Part shown: positions 56,301 to 64,000 of the stretch, piece after piece
How positions within the stretch are numbered: position 1 is the stretch's first letter
Layout: each line of letters opens with the position of its first letter
Assembly (NCBI GenBank): GCA_026936335.1
Contig: JAPMXV010000075.1
Location: forward strand, 146,360 to 210,359
Direction: 5' to 3'
Source of the DNA: Mantamonas sphyraenae STR306
Taxonomy: Eukaryota; Protista; CRuMs
Length of the DNA stretch: 64,000 bases
The notes under the pieces: model-generated
Database searches by the model: none
What the model was told of the DNA's origin: nothing
The model's input: the letters and a program-made list of their open reading frames with translations, nothing else
Program-made: the position numbers and the translations under genes

Positions 56301-58365
56301 TCTGACCGACTGCGTGCGCACAGGCAGCCGTGTGGTGGACACTGCCACTGAAGGCGAAGGAGGAGACTGGGCATGGTGATGTGGTACAGCGCGACCACGT
56401 CGTACGTGCCGGTGCTGCTCGACGAGGTGGTCAAGGGCGACTCGCAGCTGCTGGACCTGAGCCAGAACCGCCCCCGAACTGGACGGCGACGCGGCCGTGA
56501 AGGACGGATGTGTTCCTCACTGACTGCAGGTCTGAGAGAAGCATTCAGAGATGTGCTGAAGGCAGCTGTGCAGCGCAAGGAGGGCGAGACGACCGACAAC
56601 GGCGACTCGTCTGTGGCCAAGTTGTTCAACACCTGAAGGTGCTTTCTCTGATGTTGATGAGCACACACAGAGCGCGAGAAGCGACCAGTTCATGGCCAGC
56701 AACCTGCTGTCGGATCTAATGACACTGGCCACCACCAACCTGAACGCATCCGGAAGCGGATGTGTTGCTGACCAAGGTGCAGCGTCTGGAGGAGGCGTTA
56801 AACAACACAATCTCTTTGCTTGAGGGCGAGGTGGCACGTGTGGCCATCGCCGGACAACGCGTGCCGCGAGGTGGTGGTCAACACGGCGAAGAAAGGCGAA
56901 ACGGACATCGACGTGGCGCAGATGCCCAGCCGGTGCTGCAGTACATGCAGGGTGACGACGAGTTGCTGGGCAACCGCTACGAGGATTCTGACCGCAGGCG
57001 AGGAGAACCTGCCGCCTCTGGCAGCGACGCGTGTGGATCTGTGGCACGATCAGCTGCAGTTCCAGGGCAGATGGTGCCACCCGAACGAAAGGATCAGCTG
57101 CAGTGGTCCACGGACAGCGTGGAGATCACAGTGGACACTTGATGGTGGAGGGCAGCCACACCTTGCACTGGGCTATGTCACGGGCATGGTCGGCGAGGAG
57201 GAAGAGGAGGAAGGCGAATGGCGCGTGTCGTGCGTGTACGGCAACGATGGCAGCGTGCGCAAGGTGACGTTTACGTCGGATGGACGGGTTGAGCTGACCG
57301 AGGAGGAGGTGACGGCCCTGGGAAAGGGCACATCGTTTTCTGTGGCGGGCGACGTGGTGGGCATCGGCCGCGACTACAACAATGGTGAGGTGTTTGTGAC
57401 CAAGAATGGCGAGAACCTGGCGCGCAGTTCAGCGAGCCGTGTGGCGCCATGTGCGGTGACGGTGATGACGCAGGGCAAAGGCGTGTCCTCCAGCGTGAAC
57501 AACGGCGACACAGTGCGCTACAACGTGGACTCGCTCGTGTCGTCGTCCGATGGCTCGCTGTTCAAGTTGCGCCATTTCAACGGCGTGTTGACGGCGAATG
57601 GGGCCCTGACCACCATTGAACTGAAGATCGACAAGGTGGACGGCCGCGATTTCTCGGGCGAGCTGAACTGGCCGTCGGAGGAGACGATGGTGAAGATGGA
57701 GGCTGAACTGGCTGTGCACAACAGCCATGTGTTACGCGAGGTGGACGTGCTGGAGGGCCAGAAGAACAACTGGACGTGGGGCGAGTACAAGTGCACGATC
57801 GACGCCGATGGCAACATCCACGGTTTCTCTGGACGGGGCGGGGGAGAAGACGGTGGAGCTGGCACGCTTTGAGCGTGGCGTTGCGCTGGACTTTAGCAGC
57901 GAGGAGCACACCTGTGTGGATCTGGGCGGCGGATCGAAGGTGAGAATGTCTGTGGAGATGTCGGTCAAGTGTGACGGCATGCCGGGAGAGAACGAGGCCC
58001 AGTACTCGCTGACGGGCGGCCCGAAGCGCGACAACCGCTTGTTCGTTGTGCGCGTGGCGAAGGCACGTCGCGTCCGTCGAAGACGAGCTTTGTGGAGACG
58101 GGGTACATGCTGGCGGAGGAGGGATGTGGCCACCTGGATGTGCCTGGGTGCCGGCTACGACGTGGAGAGCGGCACGTGGAAGCTGTACGTGAACGGCAAG
58201 CTCAGGGGCGAAGCCAAGGCGGACAACGAGCTGGACAAGATCAAGGACCAGCGCTTCTGGCTCGCCGAGACGCTGTACTCGAAGGAGTCGAACAAGGTGG
58301 CGCCGGAGGATGTGGGTGCTGATCACGCGGCGTTGATTGTGGGAAGGGGAGAGGGATTCAAGTGA
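53400..58365 (+). pseudogene. Heavily frameshifted large gene containing SPRY and LamG/ConA-like domains
   Basis: SPRY motif FSVAGDVVGIGRDYNNGEVFVTKNGENL in ORF 56820-57872. LamG-like WMCLGAGYDVESGTWKLYVNGKL in ORF 57727-58365. Upstream fragments look coding; boundaries are approximate. Confidence 0.5.
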
Positions 58366-58585
58366 AGGTGGGTGCACAGGATTCGGCGTTCATTGTCTTG
58401 GAGAGGGGGGATGGGGGTGGAGATTCGCGCAGTCGGTAGGCGCGCATGGCACGTGCCTTTGCCATAGCCAAGTTGTTACACTCTGTGCTGGTGGTCCGGA
58501 TCATGTTGTGGTATGGTTGAAGGGTGCGTTCTTGCACTTTCCATCGGAAGGAGACGCTAGTGTCCGGGGTTGACCTCTCATGCGC

Positions 58586-61500
58586 TCATGCTCTCTCAGA
58601 GAGAAGCGGCTCGTCTAACAATCTCATCCCGACCTTGTCATCCGACCGCGCTCCCGCCTTGGTCCCTGCCCGCATCCGCCTGAACGCCGCGTAGGCACTC
58701 TTTGATCCCAGAGCCACCACAAGCGCCACCCCAACGCACATCGTCACCACAATCACCCCCAGCGCCACAACCTCCACTGCGTCCGTGTCAAACCGCGCCT
58801 TGCTCAGCGTCACCGCCGTTCCAGTCACAAACACCGTCAGCAGGGTGTACAGGCTCAATGTCTCCATCTTGTTGTCCAGCGTGCGTACAAACGGTCGTAG
58901 CCGCCCGTGCACCCAAATCGACACCACCAGCGTCAGAAAGAGCACAATGAAGAACGTGATCTGCGAGTAGAACGGTACGGCCGTCACCAACACGGTGACC
59001 ACAACACGCCGCCCAATCACCACCAGCTCATACCACATCCGATCGGGTCTGTAAGAACGGTACAAGAAACCAAACGCCGTCTGCGCCCACCTTTCCTCCG
59101 TCGCCTTCGTCTTCCACACGTACACAAGGGCCACAACGTCCACCAGCGGCACGCAGATGCCCACCAGCACCAGAAGCGCCCAGGAAACTCCTTGCACGTC
59201 GACAAGCGTCCCATCAAGCGGTCTGCCCTGGCACACAATGAACGGGTATTGGTTCAAGTAGCGCCACGGCGTCTCTCCACGCACGCCCGTGGCCGCGTCC
59301 GTGCACATCAGAAAGCTCAGTGCTTGCAGCAGGATGGGTCCGTACGCAACGTGCAATGCAAACAGAGCCACTCCCGTGATCTTGTGTTTCAGAGCAACCC
59401 CGTTGTGGTTCGTGGTGGTGTCGCTGAACAAATCGACCGTGTCGTCCCCGTTGGCCTCATCGTCCTCAACTCCACTGTTCCCCCGTCTCTTTGTGTACAC
59501 ATCCCAAACAAGCGACACAACGGCTCCCAGCACAAGCAACGGCAGCACCATCGTCGTGCTGGCCACGAATGCCCCGCTCCATCGCTCCGTGTATCCGTCC
59601 GGCGCGGTAAACAAGCACTGCACAGACGATAGAGACAGGTTCACCGATGAGGCCACATGGTTGACCACCTGCATGACCTGGCCCAACATGCCACTCAGCG
59701 ACACAGACCCGTTCGCTTCCTCGACGCGGTGCAATGCGCTCGTCAGTGAGATCGACGACTTTTCAATCGTCGCGAGAATCTGCCAAAAGAACAGCGTCAC
59801 CTTGAGTGTGGCACTGTCGCCTCCGTGATGCAGGCGCTGTCGGATCACCACAATGAGGAACAGCGCCGCAAGCACAGCGTACAGCACGATGCCCATCGCC
59901 ACCTCCACCGTCGTCGGACACTGCAAGCACACACGCGCGCTCTTGTAGTAGCCACGTGCACACTCGCTGCACAGACGAGAACCACTCTGGTACCCTGGGG
60001 CACATTCGCTGCCTCGAGTGCGGCCGTCGCCGTTCTCCTGCTGCAACTTTGGACACGCGGCTGCCACGGGACACGGCAGCACTGCCAGAGATGAGTGTGT
60101 CGCGTTTGGCGCTGCCACTACACGGCACCCTCGGATGGAGCCTGCGGTGCAGCGGCACTCGCTAAACTCCTCGGGGCACTGCAAGCACTGCTGGCGATGA
60201 CCAAAGAACTGGGCCGCGCACGTGCACTGCTCGATCCAGTTGATGGGGTCGTAAAAGAAGAGCATGCTCTGGCCATCGGCTCGCTGTATGGCCGCACACG
60301 TCACGTTGCCAAACTGGTTCTGGTTTGTTTGCGACGGTCGCAGGAAACCGACCTCGCCTCCAGCCAGCGCGGTCGACGTGTTGCGCACGTCCACGTACCA
60401 CAAAGAGCGACTGGCACGCATGGCAGGCGGGAAGCTGCCACCTATCAACGTGTTGTGGATGTCCAGGCGCTGGAGGTTGTTCAGATCTCGCCAGGCAGAC
60501 ATGGAGCCACGGAGGCTGGTGTTGTACACCTTGAGAGTCTCCAGGGACGGCATATGCATGACAGAGACGTCGCCTATGGTATGTGGGTTATTGGAAAAGT
60601 CGAGGAGGCGGAGGCTGGGAAAGGCGGTGGAGAATGACAGCTTTGGGAGCCGGTTGTTTGCCAGGTGGAGGTTGACGAGACTTGACGGGAGGTCCCCCAC
60701 GAAGATGCTGGATTGGATGTTGTTCTTGTTCAAGGCGTAGCGTTGTTAGGGGTTCAGGGAGGCGTGGAACGTGACGTGAGCCTGTTGTTTGAAAGATCCA
60801 GAGTGGTGCACTGTACCATCTCGTCGAGATTCTGCACGGAGGAGATGCCGTTGTGCGACATCGACAGCACGAGAAGCTTTTGGAACTGTTGGGATTGACG
60901 GAGAATGTAGAGAGGTTGTTGTGGGAGAGCTTGCAACGAACGCAGTTGGGTGAGGGCACCCAGACCGGTCGGGAGGCTTCCCAGCTGGTTGTTGTCCAGG
61001 TTGACGGTGACAAGTGCTGTCATCGACTTGAAGGATGGAGGGATGGAACGGAGCTGGTTGAAGGACGCGTCCAGCGAAGCAACGGCCGTCAGGGAGCCGA
61101 TTGTTGAGGGGAGGGAAAGCTTGGACACATCCAGAGTTGTTGCTTTGGAAGTTGCCAAGGCATCCAACGACGTGAGCACGTTGTGATACATCCAGAGTGG
61201 TGAGCTTGGAAGTTGCCAAACAGAGGCGGCAGGGAGGTGAGCAAGTTGTTGGACACATCCAGTTTCACCAGCTTGGCACAGTTGGCAATGGTGTCTGGGA
61301 GGGAGGAGAGGACGTTGTTGGACACATCCAGACTTGTCATCTGGGACAGAGCACCGATGGAGGAAGGAATCATGGTGAGCTGGTTGCGGGACACATCCAA
61401 CTCTACCATGTTATGAAATTGTCCAAGGAAGGACACGGAACTTAGGTGGTTTTGCGACAAGTACAGACGTGATAGCTTGGTGAGGTTCCCCATGGAGGAG

Positions 61501-63178
61501 GGGAGCGAACTCAGCTTGTTGGAGGACAGGTGCAACTCATTAAGTTGCGATAGGCTGCCAATGGATTCTGGCACGGATGCAAGGCGGTTGATGGACAAAT
61601 CCAGTATGTGTAGGTCCTTGAGGGACAGAATTGACTCGGGAAACGTTGAAAGCTGGGTTTCGGACAGACGCAGCACGGAAAGGTGCGAGAAGTACGCAAA
61701 GTCGGGGAACGAGATCAGCGGATTGTTGGACAGACTCAATGAAGTGAGCTGGGTGAGGTACGAGATGGGGTCAGGGAGTGTCGTCAGCTGATTGGAGGAC
61801 ACGTCCAGTGACGTGAGCTGGGTGAGGGACGAGATGGAGTCAGGGAGTGTCGTCAGCTGATTGGAGTCCAAGTCCAAGGACGTGAGGTGGGTGAGGGACC
61901 AGATGAGCATTTTTCATGAGTGTCGTCAGACTGATTGAAGGACACCCCCAATGACGTGAGCTTGGTGAGGCCGAGATGGAGTCAGGGAGTCGCTTTAGCT
62001 GATTGGAGAACACTTTCAAATGCCGTGAGCTGGGTAAGGGCCGAGATGGAGTCAGGGAGTGTCGTCAGCTGATTGATGGACAGTCCAATGACGTGAGCTT
62101 GGTGAGATGGACGAGAGTGGAGTCAGCTGAGTGCCGGCCGTCAGCTGATTGTTGGACACAAAATGGCTCAGGGATTCGTCGTGAAGCTTTTGATAGGTAA
62201 TGTCCGAGATGGAGTCAGGGAGTGTCGTCAGCTGATTGATGGCACGTTCAACGACGTGAAGCTTGGTGAGAGACGAGATGGAGTCAGGGAGTGTCGTCAG
62301 CTGATTGTTGGACAGGCTCAATTCCGTTAGCTTTGTGAGGGCCGAGATGGAGTCGGGGAGTGACGTTAGCTGATTGGAGGACACGTCCAGTGACGTGAGC
62401 TGGGTGAGAGCCGAGATGGAGTCAGGGAGTGTCGTCAGCTGATTACTGGACAGGGGACAATGACGTGAGCTTGGTGAGGGCCGAGATGGAGTCGGGGAGT
62501 GTCCTCAGCTGATTGCCTGACATGTACATTGACGTGAGCTTGGTGAGGGCCGAGATGGAGTCGGGAGTGACGTTAGCTGGTTGTTGGACAGGCTCAATTC
62601 CGTGAGCTTGGTGAGGGCCGAGATGGAGTCAGGGAGTGACGTTAGCTGGTTTGGGACAAGCTCAATGACGTGAGCTTGGTGAGGGCCGAGATGGAGTCGG
62701 GGAGTGACGTTAGCTGGTTGCGGTACAAGCTCAATGACGTGAGCTGTGTGAGGGTGTTGAAGGAAAAGGGCAGAGACTTCAGGTTGTTGCGCGGCAAAAT
62801 GAGGTACTGCAGCGACGCGAGGTTCCCAAGGCACTGGGGGATGTTTGTATGGCCAACAGCATCCATGTACACTCCAATTAGCGATCCCATTGTACAAGCG
62901 TCCTTGGACACGTTCCCTCCGATCCGAATCACGCCCAACTGGACAACCTCGTGGCCACAGCACGGAACGGTGCCATTGAAGCCTGGAGCGGTCGTGTTGC
63001 ATTCAACACCCAAACTCTGCCACGAGCAGAAGCACTGCGTTTTGTCTGGTGATTCGCCCAACGCGGTTGCCAGCGCACTGAGCTGGTCACGTTGCTCGCA
63101 ACTTGCGTCCACCTCCTCCAAGAGCACAGGAAGGAGGAAAGAAACGACGAGGATACCTGCAGCGAGGGCCCTGTGCAT
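58586..63178 (-). pseudogene. Second LRR + Cys-rich + ~7-TM receptor-like gene, frameshifted in the LRR region (possibly sequence errors)
   Basis: Signal peptide MHRALAAGILVVSFLLPVLL, N-cap CFCSWQSLGVEC and 23-aa LRRs LTSLPDSISALTKLTSLSL. The intact C-terminal ORF 58586-60733 has CAPGYQSGSRLCSEC and FGFLYRSYRPDRMWYELVVIGRR. Confidence 0.8.
61730..62760 (-). repeat. Tandem ~69-bp repeats encoding 23-aa LRRs
   Basis: GTGAGCTTGGTGAGGGCCGAGATGGAGTCAGGGAGTGTCGTCAGCTGATTG recurs at ~69-bp spacing. Confidence 0.88.
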
Positions 63179-63379
63179 TGTATCCTGCTCGTTTGCTTGT
63201 GTCGAGGTGCGGCCGGGCAGAGAACTCAACCTGTGCGCGTTGAACGTATCCAGGTTGTCACGATGAGTAATGGGTGTCTGAAAGTCTGTTCAGTGTGTGG
63301 TTTACCGCTCATGGACCTCTCCAAAATCGACACCCGCTTGGGTTAAGACCTGACATGAATCAGCGGCGCATGGGGCGAT

Positions 63380-63865
63380 TTATATGTGCCAGATGGCATC
63401 CAGAGTCAAATGACGGTCGTCAGGGATGGCTTCGACGGCAAGGTAGGTCACAGGAGTGAGGTCGTCTTCGGAGAAGAATAAGGACGGGGCGGAGTTGGAG
63501 GAGGAGGTGAGCCAACGGGTTCCGAGAAGGGTCTCGCAGATGCCGTCACGGACAGCAAAGGAAGCGATTGAGTTGTCGCTGTAGGCGTAGACGTAGCCAC
63601 TGCAGATGGTGCTGGAGTCAAGGTCGCGGGCGACGGGCAGGGCCTCGAGCGTCTTGTTGACGTTGTACTCAACAAAGTGACCCACGTGGCCACAAGGGGG
63701 CACCGATGTCGAGTTGGAGCCAGACAGTGTGGAGTGAAGGCTTGTCGCCAGCGGTGTGGAGGACCACAGCATGGGCTTGGTTGTCCTTGCTTTTTGCTCG
63801 TCGGTCGACTGGGCCCGACACAGGCCCTTCTCGATGGACGCGGTCGGCGGAAACGGATGCGGAGA
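63380..63865 (-). other. Open reading frame of unknown function abutting the telomere (possibly a truncated gene)
   Basis: The frame of ORF 63380-63772 stays open up to the first telomeric repeat. No domain recognised. Confidence 0.3.
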
Positions 63866-64000
63866 GGGTTAGGGTTAGGGTTAGGGTTAGGGTTAGGGTT
63901 AGGGTTAGGGTTAGGGTTAGGGTTAGGGTTAGGGTTAGGGTTAGGGTTAGGGTTAGGGTTAGGGTTAGGGTTAGGGTTAGGGTTAGGGTTAGGGTTAGGG
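63865..64000 (+). repeat. Telomeric repeat (TTAGGG)n, chromosome end
   Basis: AGGG followed by 22 perfect TTAGGG units (63869-64000), with the G-rich strand running 5'->3' toward the end. Confidence 0.98.

Noticed and set aside
1-64000. Alternative genetic code (TGA recoding), tRNA/rRNA genes, autonomous transposons
   Set aside because: TGA terminates most genes at homologous positions. No RNA-gene, transposase or RT signatures were recognised by eye.

Overview
Eukaryotic (protist-like, GC-rich, short spliceosomal introns) chromosome end that finishes in 22 TTAGGG telomere repeats; the taxon cannot be identified from the sequence. The internal part (1-28 kb) holds mostly intact genes: a 5'-partial Patched/NPC1-type SSD transporter, a GT61-like glycosyltransferase, an LRR plus multi-pass-TM receptor, a polycystin-2 (PKD2) channel, a ~4,200-aa modular surface protein (SBBP propellers, EGF, IPT/TIG, Ig-like, Cys-rich, multi-TM) and a BTB-SPRY protein. 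The main feature is a subtelomeric array (28.8-52.9 kb) of nine paralogues with one architecture. Each has a short first coding exon, 5-17 RI/NLRC3-type 28-aa (84-bp) LRRs with hypervariable surface positions, about 2 ankyrin repeats, and a C-terminal truncated F-box-like motif (W-x-T-L-P-D-E-V-M-E-R-V-I-G-W) recalling viral ANK-PRANC proteins. The copies are recombinant mosaics and most share a 5'-UTR intron and an upstream CAACGCAT motif. I infer a diversifying 'recognise-and-ubiquitinate' system, possibly immune; that function is untested. Towards the telomere, genes become increasingly frameshifted (SBBP relic, SPRY/LamG relic, second LRR-TM receptor). This is either real decay or read errors. 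All domain calls are by-eye motif recognition; no searches were run.
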